This document shows, piece by piece, positions 16,697-25,438 of a DNA stretch of 64,000 bases (its first letter is position 1; every line of letters starts with the position of its first letter). The position numbers and the translations under genes were made by a program. The DNA is from Minisyncoccota bacterium. Lineage in GTDB: Bacteria > Patescibacteriota > Minisyncoccia > Phycocordibacterales > UBA2100. The stretch spans positions 3,648 to 67,647 of the forward strand of contig OZ253947.1 of assembly GCA_965267345.1 (NCBI GenBank), in the 5' to 3' direction. A model generated the notes under the pieces. That model was given only the letters and a program-made list of their open reading frames with translations, was not told the origin of the DNA and did not search any database.

Positions 16697-16855
16697 TGCA
16701 GAGTGGGGGGAATCGAAAGACGGAGCCGGTATACACGACGAAGCGCAGCGAAGTGCTTGTCGGCGAGTCCGGGCAGGAGCCACTTGCTCAAAAACCATGC
16801 GACTCGTCGCATGGTTTTTGAGCTTAGTGAGCTGACGCCGATTCTCCCCACCGCA
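16697..16855. repeat. two partial copies of the tRNA-Gly(TCC) 3' end: inverted (16701-16719) and direct (16837-16855, CGATTCTCCCCACCGCA then TTTTTT), plus a perfect 17-bp-stem hairpin (16788-16824)
   Basis: Compare the tRNA 3' end TTCGATTCTCCCCACCCGCA at 16632-16652. att-like repeats within a 200-bp gene-free islet. Confidence 0.45.
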
Positions 16856-16903
16856 TTTTTTCAGAATATTCTTGCGTGAGGACCGCCCTTACGCAAAAAA
16901 GAC

Positions 16904-16980
16904 AGATGTCTCGATTAATCGAGACATCTATAAATTACGCATACCTATTTTGTGCGTTTTGTTTCGATTAATCGAAACAA
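16904..16980. repeat. second locus of paired palindromes: AGATGTCTCGATTAATCGAGACATCT (16904-16929) and TTGTTTCGATTAATCGAAACAA (16959-16980)
   Basis: Same TCGATTAATCGA core and same GAGAC/GAAAC pairing as 13576-13668. Confidence 0.6.
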
Positions 16981-17005
16981 TGTAGAAGCGTTTTCGTATG
17001 CATGC

Positions 17006-17031
17006 AAAAACCCGCCGAACGGCGGGTTTTT
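17006..17031. terminator. bidirectional rho-independent terminator (AAAAACCCGCC-gaac-GGCGGGTTTTT), 3' of hup
   Basis: Perfect G/C stem flanked by A-run and T-run. Confidence 0.7.
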
Positions 17032-17049
17032 GGCGTTATGACGCGCACT

Positions 17050-17322
17050 CTACTTTACTGCGTCTTTGAGCGCTTTTGCTGCGCGGAATTTTGGAACACG
17101 CATTGCTGGGATCTCAATGGTCTCACCAGTGCGTGGGTTGCGTCCGGTGCGTGCAGCGCGTGTCTTTGCCTCGAAAATACCGAGTCCGGCAATCGACACT
17201 TCTTCACCCTTCTTCAGGCCATCAACGATACCGTCGATCATTGCCTCCACAGCGCGTTCTGCGTCTGCTTTGGTGCCCTCAAGCACGTCGTGTACTTTGT
17301 CTACAAGTGCTGCTTTGTTCAT
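17050..17322 (-). CDS. hup: DNA-binding protein HU
   Basis: [10 protein letters not shown]...[44 protein letters not shown] is a canonical HU sequence. Start at internal Met 17322. Confidence 0.9.
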   Translation of the reverse strand: [90 protein letters not shown]

Positions 17323-17416
17323 AAGGTGTTGCGTTATATGGATAAATGCGACCAATTGCTCAATTCAGTATACATAGAGCCATTATTCGTGCAATACCCC
17401 CGCCATAGAGCTGTTC

Positions 17417-18262
17417 CTACTCAAATGTTGCGCGATACGCACTCTTCGGGTAGGTGCCGAGTACCTGTACGTGGTGCGCGTAGGTGCTGAGGGCAGAAAG
17501 TGCTGCAGCACAGCCCTCAAATTCGGGTGCCCCTTCGAATTCGAGGTAGAATTGCGCTTGTTTGTTACGCGTCATGGGCACAAAACTCTCGAGCTTGACG
17601 ATGTTGACGCCGTATTCTGCAAAGCCGCTGAGCGACTTATAGAGCGCCATCGGCACATTGCGGACGTCGTAGACGATACTGGTCAGTACCGCCGCGTCAG
17701 TCGGCACTGGTGGTGCAGTGTGTGTGAGTATCAGGAAACGCGTCACGTTACTCGCATCGTCTTCCATGTGCTCTTTGAGTACCTGTGTGCGCGGATAGAT
17801 GTCAGCGGCGCGGGTGGCGGCAAGTGCCGCGCACGTCGGGTCACCTTGTTCGGCAACAAAGGCAACGGCACCGGCGGTGTCGCCAAACGGTACCGATTCT
17901 AACCCCATGCGCGCGAGTGTCTGCGTGCACTGCGCGAGCGCTTCGCGGTGGCTGTACACACGGGTGACAGTATCGAGCGCGGCGGTGTCGGTGCCGATCA
18001 GTGCGTGGTGGATCGGCAGAAAGTGCTCGGCAATGACGGTAAGACCACTGTCGGGGAGTAAGTGGTGCATGTCAGCCACACGGCCGGCCGTTGAGTTCTC
18101 AATCGGCAAAAGAGCGTGCGTTGCCTCGTGCGACTGTACTGCCTCAATCGCAGCACGAAAGGTCGGGTAGCCGGTGGCAGTGGCGTCGGGGAAGCACTCG
18201 CGCGCTGCCAAACTTGAGTACGAGCCGCCAACGCCTTGGTAGGCAACATGCACGGCACTCAT
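17417..18262 (-). CDS. pheA: prephenate dehydratase
   Basis: N-terminal PDT domain (VAYQGVGGSYS...) and C-terminal ACT-like domain (ESFVPMTRNKQAQFYLEFEG). Confidence 0.75.
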   Translation of the reverse strand: MSAVHVAYQGVGGSYSSLAARECFPDATATGYPTFRAAIEAVQSHEATHALLPIENSTAGRVADMHHLLPDSGLTVIAEHFLPIHHALIGTDTAALDTVTRVYSHREALAQCTQTLARMGLESVPFGDTAGAVAFVAEQGDPTCAALAATRAADIYPRTQVLKEHMEDDASNVTRFLILTHTAPPVPTDAAVLTSIVYDVRNVPMALYKSLSGFAEYGVNIVKLESFVPMTRNKQAQFYLEFEGAPEFEGCAAALSALSTYAHHVQVLGTYPKSAYRATFE

Positions 18263-18265
18263 ACA

Positions 18266-19795
18266 CTAGCGTGCGTACTCAATACAGCGACTCTCGCGGA
18301 TGACATTCACCTTCACTTCACCCGGATAGTTGAGCTCGCTTTCAATGCGCGCTGCAATATCGTGAGCGAGCTGTCGCGCAGCGATGTCGTTGACTTCGTC
18401 AGGGCGTACGAATACGCGCACCTCACGGCCGGCCGATACGGCGTAGCTCTTGTCGATACCCGGAAAGCTGTTCACCAATGATTCGAGCTCCTCGAGGCGC
18501 TTGATGTAGTTTTCGACGGTGTCACGGCGTGCACCCGGGCGTCCGCCGGAAATAGCGTCGGCCACCTGTACGATGTACGACTCAAGGTTTGCGTACGGAT
18601 ACTCTTCGTGGTGTGCCTCCATTGCCTTAATAACCTCGGGGTCAACGTTGAACTTCTGCAGGATACGACGGCCGATTTCAACGTGCGTTCCCTGTACTTC
18701 GTGGTCGACGGCCTTACCGATATCGTGGAGCAGCGCACCCGCGCGTGCAACCTGTACGTTCGCACCAATTTCCTCGGCGATCATTGCCGCAATGTGTGCC
18801 ATCTCAGTTGAGTGGGCGAGTACATTCTGTCCGTAACTGGTGCGGAAGTGGAGCCGCCCGAGCACGATTAGCAAGCGTGGGTCAAGGTTGTGCACGCCAG
18901 CTTCGTACGCAGCTTCTTCACCCTTCTTTTTGATGATGATGTTGATCTCTTCACGTGCTTTCTCCACCATCTCCTCGATTTTTGCGGGCTGAATACGGCC
19001 GTCGATGATGAGATTTTCCAATGCGACGCGTGCAATCTGACGACGAATCGGGTCAAATGACGAAATGGTGAGTGCTCCTGGCGTGTCATCGATAATGACG
19101 TCAACACCCGAGGCACGCTCAAAAGCGCGAATATTACGGCCCTCCTTACCGATGATTTTTCCTTTGATTTCTTCATTCGGCAGCGATACTGTCGTTGACA
19201 GCACCTCAGCTTGTAGGGAATTGCCCATGCGGTGTACGGCGGTGGTAAGAATCTCCTGTGCACGCTTTTCAAAACGCTCAGCGCCATCGCGCTCGAGCTT
19301 TTGCAGACGCACGCTCAGATCTTCCTCATACATGCTCTGGAGCTGCTTCATGAGCTCTTCTTTGGCCTCCTCAGCAGAGAGCTGGGCAACCTTTTCGAGC
19401 TCCTTTTGCTTTGTCTCAAGAGCGCGTTCAACTTCTTCACGCTCGCCGGCGAGTGTTTCGCGCTCGGCGCGCATCTCCTCACCTTCTTCGTCAAGGTCGG
19501 TTTGGCGCTTATCGAGCAGCTCTTCTTTGCGCACGAGGCGCTCTTCGGTTTTTTTAAGGTCTGCTTCTTTTTCTTTCAGCTCCTGTGTTCGTTCGGCGAT
19601 GATTTTGTCCGCTTTTTTCTCGGCGTCCTCGGTGATGCGCTTGGCATCCTCCTTCGCCTCAAGCATCATCTGCTTGATTTGCAGCTCCATTGAGCCACGT
19701 TTACCTAACGACACAATCCAGCGCAGGAAGTATCCGAACGCTGTGCCGGCTGCTGCGGCAAGGAGCAGCAGCATGAGAATTACTTTTAAGGACAT
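18266..19795 (-). CDS. rny: ribonuclease Y
   Basis: N-terminal TM helix, long Glu/Lys coiled-coil, KH domain (IIGKEGRNIRAFE), HD domain (LLHDIGKAVDHE). Confidence 0.9.
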   Translation of the reverse strand: MSLKVILMLLLLAAAAGTAFGYFLRWIVSLGKRGSMELQIKQMMLEAKEDAKRITEDAEKKADKIIAERTQELKEKEADLKKTEERLVRKEELLDKRQTDLDEEGEEMRAERETLAGEREEVERALETKQKELEKVAQLSAEEAKEELMKQLQSMYEEDLSVRLQKLERDGAERFEKRAQEILTTAVHRMGNSLQAEVLSTTVSLPNEEIKGKIIGKEGRNIRAFERASGVDVIIDDTPGALTISSFDPIRRQIARVALENLIIDGRIQPAKIEEMVEKAREEINIIIKKKGEEAAYEAGVHNLDPRLLIVLGRLHFRTSYGQNVLAHSTEMAHIAAMIAEEIGANVQVARAGALLHDIGKAVDHEVQGTHVEIGRRILQKFNVDPEVIKAMEAHHEEYPYANLESYIVQVADAISGGRPGARRDTVENYIKRLEELESLVNSFPGIDKSYAVSAGREVRVFVRPDEVNDIAARQLAHDIAARIESELNYPGEVKVNVIRESRCIEYAR

Positions 19796-19990
19796 ATGTG
19801 CTATGCCCGTTTTCTCTTATCTATGTGCGAATGTGGTACGCGGTGCGTCGTGTGAAGTGCATGCGGAACGGTCGCTACAGGAGTACATACATTAGTCTAC
19901 AGAAAAGAGAAAAACAGGACTTTCTTACTGAATCAATAATTAAATACAACCAGTAGTGCAAGAATACCAAAAATATGTCAATACGCAAAA

Positions 19991-20027
19991 GCCCGCAGGA
20001 TGTGTGTCACCGCTGCGGGCTCCGCGA
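19991..20027 (-). terminator. hairpin AGCCCGCAG...CTGCGGGCT with T-run on the minus strand, 3' of clpP
   Basis: Inverted repeat followed, on the reverse strand, by TTTTGCG. Confidence 0.45.
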
Positions 20028-20045
20028 CGCGCACGAGGGTGGCGT

Positions 20046-20654
20046 CTATTTGAGTACTTTGTCGACGAGGCCGTACTTTTTCGCCTCGTCGGCAGCCATA
20101 AAGTAGTCGCGGTCGATATCGTGTTCGATTTTTTCTTTTGTCTGCCCCGTATTGTCCGCCATCATCTCAACTAAACGGCGCTTGGTGCGAAGGATGTTTT
20201 CAGCGGTGATCGCAATGTCACTTGCCTGACCCTGTGCGCCGCCAAGCGGCTGGTGAATCATCACCTCGGCATTCGGGAGGGCGTAGCGCTTGCCTTTAGC
20301 GCCCGACGAGAGCAGCCACGCACCACCTGAAGCAGCAAGGCCAACGCACACCGTCGAAACATCGGGCTTGATGTGGTTCATCGTATCAATCATTGCCAGC
20401 GTAGCCGATACTGACCCGCCCGGAGAGTTGATGTAGAGAGAGATGTCTGCTTTCGGGTCCTCCGACTGCAAAAAGAGGAGCTGTGCGATGATGAGATTTG
20501 CCATCTCGTCATAAATGGGGCCGCCAAGAAAGACGACGCGCTCCTTCAGGAGGCGCGAGTAGATATCGTACGCGCGCTCGCCGAACTGACCCTTTTCAAC
20601 GACCATGGGCACAAGTTGTGCCGTGGGCGTGTGTGATGCTTTTTCCATTTCCAT
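20046..20654 (-). CDS. clpP: ATP-dependent Clp protease proteolytic subunit
   Basis: [32 protein letters not shown]...[10 protein letters not shown]...MIHQPLGG are canonical ClpP motifs (Ser-His-Asp triad context). Confidence 0.9.
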   Translation of the reverse strand: MEMEKASHTPTAQLVPMVVEKGQFGERAYDIYSRLLKERVVFLGGPIYDEMANLIIAQLLFLQSEDPKADISLYINSPGGSVSATLAMIDTMNHIKPDVSTVCVGLAASGGAWLLSSGAKGKRYALPNAEVMIHQPLGGAQGQASDIAITAENILRTKRRLVEMMADNTGQTKEKIEHDIDRDYFMAADEAKKYGLVDKVLK

Positions 20655-20701
20655 AGGTGCGCATCGTAGCACAGCAGAGCTGCGTTTTCTAGAATGCAGT
20701 G

Positions 20702-21793
20702 CTACTGTTTCGCATCAGCACCTGCCTGCTCGAGGTACTGGAAGACCGCTTCGTTGCGCTTTGTGGTCTCGACGTAAATGCGAATATTTTCTTCCTCAGC
20801 CTGCGGATAGTGCTTTTTAACGTATTCAATTTCGTGCGCCACTTCGTCGGCGTCCGGCGTGATGTTTTGTTCTTTTGCAATGGTATTGAGGATAAGCTGC
20901 AACTTAGCGCGCTTTACTGCCTCAGGCTCCCACTCTTTTTTGAGCTCGTCGAGTGTTTTGCCGATGTTGGCGAGGTAGTCGTCAAATTTTGTACCCGTCT
21001 GTGCGACTTGGCCTTCCACTTGCATCTGGATGCGTTGCAGTTCCTGATCGATCATCAGTTGCGGCAGCTCAATGGTTGCCTGATCGATGATCTTTTCAAC
21101 TGTTTCAATGCGCTTTTTCTCGCGCTCGCGCAGCTCTTTCTCAGCCTTGAGATTGTCGCGTACTTTCTGGGTGAAGTCGGCTACGTCGGTAAAGTCGCCG
21201 AGTGTTTTGACAAACTCGTCAGTGAGCTCGGGTAGCTCGTCGTCTTTGACGTCCACAGGCTGTGGCTCTTCAATGCCTTCACCCTTTTGCTTTTCGTACT
21301 GATCAATTTGCGCGCGCTGGCGGCGTACGTGGGTGAGGGTTTCTTCGAGTTCGGCATCAGTGACGACGATTTCTTTCTCCTCTTGCGCAAATACCTCACG
21401 GGCGATTTTCGCGTAGTCGGGGAGGGTGATGTCGGGCATGACGGCTGTAGTTGCCGTAAACTCGAGCGGATTGTCTGCCGCCATTTTCGTAATCTGAATG
21501 CGGGGCGACCCGATGGCATCGATATTGTTGTCCGTGACGATGCGCGGGTAAATGGCAGACAATGCGAGGTTTGCCGCGCGCTCGAGGATACGGTCTTCAC
21601 CGATATGCTCAACGAGCATGTCTTCGGGGACGTTGCCCTTGCGAAATCCCGGAAGCTCGACATCTGCACCTAGCTCCTGCAGGGCTTTCGTGCGGTACGA
21701 CTGCATGACGTCGGCAGGAATGCTCGCTTTTATTTCGTGCTCCGACTGCTCAAGTGCTTTTGATTCAAAATCAGTATAGTGTTGTTGTGTCAT
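20702..21793 (-). CDS. tig: trigger factor
   Basis: N-terminal ribosome-binding domain with GFRKGNVP signature, then PPIase-like and C-terminal arm domains. tig-clpP synteny. Start at Met 21793 (MTQQHYTDF). Confidence 0.85.
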   Translation of the reverse strand: MTQQHYTDFESKALEQSEHEIKASIPADVMQSYRTKALQELGADVELPGFRKGNVPEDMLVEHIGEDRILERAANLALSAIYPRIVTDNNIDAIGSPRIQITKMAADNPLEFTATTAVMPDITLPDYAKIAREVFAQEEKEIVVTDAELEETLTHVRRQRAQIDQYEKQKGEGIEEPQPVDVKDDELPELTDEFVKTLGDFTDVADFTQKVRDNLKAEKELREREKKRIETVEKIIDQATIELPQLMIDQELQRIQMQVEGQVAQTGTKFDDYLANIGKTLDELKKEWEPEAVKRAKLQLILNTIAKEQNITPDADEVAHEIEYVKKHYPQAEEENIRIYVETTKRNEAVFQYLEQAGADAKQ

Positions 21794-21892
21794 AGGCTCG
21801 GAGTGTACCAAGATACGCACCAAATGCAAAAACATCACGAATGAATCGCCTTTTTCCTCCCAGAGCGGGGGTGCTGCTGTACCAGTAGAAAC

Positions 21893-21926
21893 CGCTAAAC
21901 CGCTATTTTGACGTCAAAATAGCGGT
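21893..21926. terminator. perfect 32-bp palindrome AAACCGCTATTTTGACGTCAAAATAGCGGTTT
   Basis: Lies between tig start and the 3' end of the downstream small membrane-protein gene. Hairpin with flanking T/A runs. Confidence 0.4.
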
Positions 21927-21947
21927 TTTAGGTGCTTGGTGCGTGAG

Positions 21948-22241
21948 CTACTCAAACGCAGCATCGATACGCTCGAGCTCAGCGTCAATTTCAGCGTCGA
22001 GGGCATCAAGGTCAACTGATGCCTCAAGGTCACGCTCAATTGCTTCAGGTGATGTTGCTTCAGTAGTGTGCGCGCGTGACGTGTCAGCGGTGCCCAGTGG
22101 TTTGGTCATCCAGTAGTAGATACCGCCGAGGACGAGTATCGCGACAATAATGCTGGCGCCAATAACGGGACCGATGCCGTGCGTGTCTTTCGCGCTGTCG
22201 GCGACGGGCGTGTCGGTGCCATGAGGTGTCGTTTCGTTCAT
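21948..22241 (-). CDS. small single-pass membrane protein with acidic C-terminus (hypothetical)
   Basis: One hydrophobic helix GPVIGASIIVAILVLGGIYYW, and an acidic tail DLDALDAEIDAELERIDAAFE. Confidence 0.4.
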   Translation of the reverse strand: MNETTPHGTDTPVADSAKDTHGIGPVIGASIIVAILVLGGIYYWMTKPLGTADTSRAHTTEATSPEAIERDLEASVDLDALDAEIDAELERIDAAFE

Positions 22242-22270
22242 AGGTGTGTCGTTAGTGTGTATAAAATGAG

Positions 22271-23116
22271 TTATTCAACGGTAGCATCGATGCGGAGTGT
22301 TGCGGCGGCAGATTTTGTTGCAGCAATGGCGTCACGCAGCGCACGGTGTGCATCGCGTACCGCTGTGGCTGCCTCACGCACACTGGCACCAACACGGTCT
22401 TTGCCGGCTGCCGGATCCTCTGACTCAAGGAGCGCGACGATAGCGGCACGTGTCTCAGCAACGAGTTCCAGTGCGTCAGTAATCGCTTGTTCCGCAGCGA
22501 CGCGCGCTTCAAGTGCAGCAGTGACGTCGGCACCGGCGTCTTCAAGCTCGGCAATACGCTCGTCCAGTCGGGTCAGGGCATCGCTGAAGGTTTCAAGTGC
22601 AGTGGTGAGCCCTGAAAGGATGCGCTCAAATGGCGCCTTTATGCGCTGAGCGACGTCGGTGCGTATATCGGCGCGAAGTTCCGCGCGTTGTTCGCGTAAG
22701 GTTGTGCGCATGTCCTCAGCGCGCTCGCGGAATGCCTCGCGCATGGCACCGGCTCGCTCCTGTAGCTGTGTGCGGATCTCTTCGGCACGGAGGCTGGTGA
22801 AGTCGGTGTCGTCGCGGACGGTGTCGAGACGTTCGCGAAGCTCGTCACGCTGCTGCGTCGCGGTATCACGGAGTTCACGGCGCAGGTCTTCAGCACGGTC
22901 GCGAAAGATGTCGCGTTCCGCTTCAATCTCTGCACGCACCTCGGCGCGTGTGTCGTTCGGGATGCGCAACGGCTGTCGCTCAAGACTTTCAAATTCACGC
23001 GGGGCGTCGCGCTCGGGAGCCCGAAAGAGCTCTTGCGCATTCGCTGCAGCGCTTGGCAGTGCAAGTGCACAGGCGAGTAATCCGATGGTGCTCAGTGAGA
23101 ACGTCGTTCGTTTCAT
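22271..23116 (-). CDS. secreted Arg/Glu/Ala-rich coiled-coil protein (hypothetical)
   Basis: Signal peptide MKRTTFSLSTIGLLACALALPSAAANA; highly charged helical repeats (RAEVRAEIEAERDIFRDRAEDLRRELRD...). Confidence 0.5.
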   Translation of the reverse strand: MKRTTFSLSTIGLLACALALPSAAANAQELFRAPERDAPREFESLERQPLRIPNDTRAEVRAEIEAERDIFRDRAEDLRRELRDTATQQRDELRERLDTVRDDTDFTSLRAEEIRTQLQERAGAMREAFRERAEDMRTTLREQRAELRADIRTDVAQRIKAPFERILSGLTTALETFSDALTRLDERIAELEDAGADVTAALEARVAAEQAITDALELVAETRAAIVALLESEDPAAGKDRVGASVREAATAVRDAHRALRDAIAATKSAAATLRIDATVE

Positions 23117-23251
23117 ACGAAGTAGATAATGTGGATGAGTAACAATAGAGGAGCGATACGACTCGCGTACTCCTATACTCAAAATCCTACACCCCTGACC
23201 GCAGAGCGGTCAGGGGTGCTGTGGACAATAGCGCGCCGAGGCGTGCGGACG

Positions 23252-23788
23252 CTATTTTGCAAACGTGCTCTGGTAGAGTTCGGCAGCTTTGGTGACAGCT
23301 GCTTTTGCCTCTTTCGCGCCGTTGATGGCGGGGATTTCTACCGGTGCCGGCTTGCCCTTGAGGGCCTTGTAGGTCTCAAAGAAGTGTTTAAAGTCTTCGA
23401 GCATGTGCTCATTGAGGTCGGCAAGATCGTGGGTATTGTCCCAGCGCTTGTCGTCAACGGGTACACCGATGACTTTAAAGTCCGAGTCGCCGTCGTCGAT
23501 CATTTCAATGACCGCAACCGGACGGACGTTTACGAGAATGCCTGAGGCAAGCGGGTGGGTGGTGAGTACGATTACATCGAGCGGATCTTCATCTTCCCAG
23601 TACGTTTGCGGCGCAAAGCCGTAGTCAAACGGGTAGGCGAATGATGAGTAGTTTGCGCGATCGAGCTTAATGAGTCCGGTGCTCTTGTCAATTTCGTACT
23701 TATTGTGCGATCCGCGGGGGATCTCGATAATGACGTTAATTTCGTCGGGGGCGTTGTCGCCAAGGGGTACATCGTGCCAAAGGTCCAT
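23252..23788 (-). CDS. ppa: inorganic pyrophosphatase (family I)
   Basis: MDLWHDVPLG...IIEIPRGSHNKYEID...DPLDVIVL...DDGDSDFKVIGVP match the soluble PPase active-site motifs. The ORF-track 5' extension to 24187 is an out-of-frame read across the nusA tail. Confidence 0.85.
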   Translation of the reverse strand: MDLWHDVPLGDNAPDEINVIIEIPRGSHNKYEIDKSTGLIKLDRANYSSFAYPFDYGFAPQTYWEDEDPLDVIVLTTHPLASGILVNVRPVAVIEMIDDGDSDFKVIGVPVDDKRWDNTHDLADLNEHMLEDFKHFFETYKALKGKPAPVEIPAINGAKEAKAAVTKAAELYQSTFAK

Positions 23789-23828
23789 ACGTTCGTGAGT
23801 TAATGGGTAACGTGTGCGTATTGTACCG

Positions 23829-25193
23829 CTACTTCTCCTTACTGTCTTCCTCGCTATCTGACGAGTCAGTAGCAGTCTCTTCGGTGTCTTCTGAAGCTTC
23901 TTCTGTGTCGTTCTGTGGTGTTTCTGCAGGTTCCTGCTCTTCGTCTTCGGGCGTAGCGTCAGCGGCGGTCTGCTTTTCTTCCGCGTCGTCGCTGTCTGTC
24001 GGTGTGGCAGCAGGCGCGGCATCAGCGAGTTCGTCTTCGTTGATTTCAACCGTTTCGCCGGCAGCATCAGTCTCGGCAAGTTGCTCACCCTGTGCTGAGC
24101 GGATATCAATCGCCCAGCCCGTGAGTTTTGCGGCGAGGCGGACGTTCTGTCCACCGCGACCAATGGCGAGTGACTGTTGGTCCTCAACTACCTCAACTTC
24201 AGCGCGCTTGTGCTCGTCGGTCTCTTCGGTAATTTCAACGGAGAGTACCTCGGCAGGTGAGAGCGCGCGTTCGATAAAGTCGCGTGGGTCTTCCGCCCAC
24301 TCGATGATGTCGATTTTTTCGCCACCGAGTTCACTCGTGACGGTTGAAACGCGCACCCCGCGCTGTCCGACGAGTGCGCCAACTGGGTCAACGTGGTCGT
24401 CGTGGGTTACCACAGCAAGTTTTGAGCGTGAGCCGGCTTCGCGCGCGACGTGCTTAATTTCAATGGTGCCGTTTGCCAATTCCGGTGATTCGAGTTCGAA
24501 GAGTTTCACGAGGAATTGCGGGTTGGCGCGTGACAGGCGCAGGAAGGTGCTGCCGCGCGGATTTTCATCTACCTTGAGGAGTAGCGCGCGAATACGTTCA
24601 CCTTGGCGGTAGCGCTCACCGGGAATCTGCTCTTCATACGGCAGAATGGCCGTTGCGCGACCCAAGTCGATGAAGAGGTTGCCGCGCTCGAAGCGCTGGA
24701 CGTGACCTGATACGACGTCGCCTTCGCGCTCGCCGAATTCTTCAATGATTGAGACTTTCTCTGCTTCGCGAATTTTCTGCATGATGACCTGCTTCGCCGT
24801 TTGTGCGGCAATGCGACCGAAATCTTCATGTGGTTCAAGCGGAAATTCGATCTCATCGTCAAGCTCGACGTCTTTTTTGATGCGGCGGGCGTCTTCAATC
24901 ATGATGTGGTGCTCAGGATTAAAGCGGGTGCGCTCGCCATCCTCGTGTTCCTCCTCGTCTTCACCACGCACGAGCGTGTCGTCAACGGCAATTTTGATTT
25001 GCTTAAACTCCACGTCGCCACTTTCCATGTTAAAGACGGCACGAATAATCTGCCCGCGCTTGCCGTACTCTTTTTTGTACGCCGCGGCGAGTGCCATTTC
25101 AATTGCATCGATAACGCGCTCACGTGGGATACCGCGCTCTTGCTCGAGCTCGTCAAATACTGAACCAATGATTTTCAAATCAAATAAACTCAT
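23829..25193 (-). CDS. nusA: transcription termination/antitermination factor NusA with long acidic C-terminal tail
   Basis: N-terminal domain MSLFDLKIIGSVFDELEQERGIP, S1 domain, two KH domains, and a ~110-aa Asp/Glu/Thr-rich tail. Confidence 0.9.
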   Translation of the reverse strand: MSLFDLKIIGSVFDELEQERGIPRERVIDAIEMALAAAYKKEYGKRGQIIRAVFNMESGDVEFKQIKIAVDDTLVRGEDEEEHEDGERTRFNPEHHIMIEDARRIKKDVELDDEIEFPLEPHEDFGRIAAQTAKQVIMQKIREAEKVSIIEEFGEREGDVVSGHVQRFERGNLFIDLGRATAILPYEEQIPGERYRQGERIRALLLKVDENPRGSTFLRLSRANPQFLVKLFELESPELANGTIEIKHVAREAGSRSKLAVVTHDDHVDPVGALVGQRGVRVSTVTSELGGEKIDIIEWAEDPRDFIERALSPAEVLSVEITEETDEHKRAEVEVVEDQQSLAIGRGGQNVRLAAKLTGWAIDIRSAQGEQLAETDAAGETVEINEDELADAAPAATPTDSDDAEEKQTAADATPEDEEQEPAETPQNDTEEASEDTEETATDSSDSEEDSKEK

Positions 25194-25438
25194 ACGCTCT
25201 ATTCGCTAATGGTTTTATAAAAAGAAAACCCGACCAACGGTCGGATATCTTTACTACGAGATATGTGCGGGTAAGTATACGCGGATACTGCCGCGCGTCA
25301 ACTCCTCCCGCGGCAGCGACGCGTGTACGTTTTGCACACGCGCAGTAGAGCACGGTGCCACGGTCGTTGCTATACTAAGGGTATCGAAGCGGCGCCACGC
25401 AGGTGTGCGTCGATCGCGTCGTGTAATCATCAAGCGTT

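Noticed and set aside
16740-16790. GAGUCCGGGCAGGAGCC resembling the RNase P RNA P4 strand (AGGAAAGUCCGGGCUCC)
   Set aside because: Only ~8 nt match. The gene-free islet (~400 bp, bounded by the tRNA and hup and interrupted by terminator-like hairpins) cannot hold a bacterial RNase P RNA, and no matching 3' P4 strand (ACAGAAnCCGGCUUA) is nearby.
19065-19895. 276-aa Ser/Phe-rich ORF antisense to rny
   Set aside because: Antisense reading of the Glu/Lys-rich coiled-coil region of RNase Y (GAA/GAG/AAG codons reversed give TTC/CTC/CTT); no RBS or start context.
22179-23129. Two 156-aa Ser/Arg/Ala-rich ORFs on the plus strand
   Set aside because: Antisense shadows of the charged coiled-coil gene at 22271-23116.
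23789-24187. 5' extension of the ppa ORF (ORF track 23252-24187, 311 aa) with a basic, low-complexity N-terminus
   Set aside because: The extension is an alternative-frame read through the acidic C-terminal tail of nusA (Glu/Asp codons read as Lys/Arg/Thr-rich). PPase homology begins exactly at Met 23788 (MDLWHDVPLG).
23803-24612. 269-aa Ser-rich ORF antisense to nusA
   Set aside because: Antisense of the acidic NusA tail and KH domains; low complexity; typical high-GC shadow ORF.
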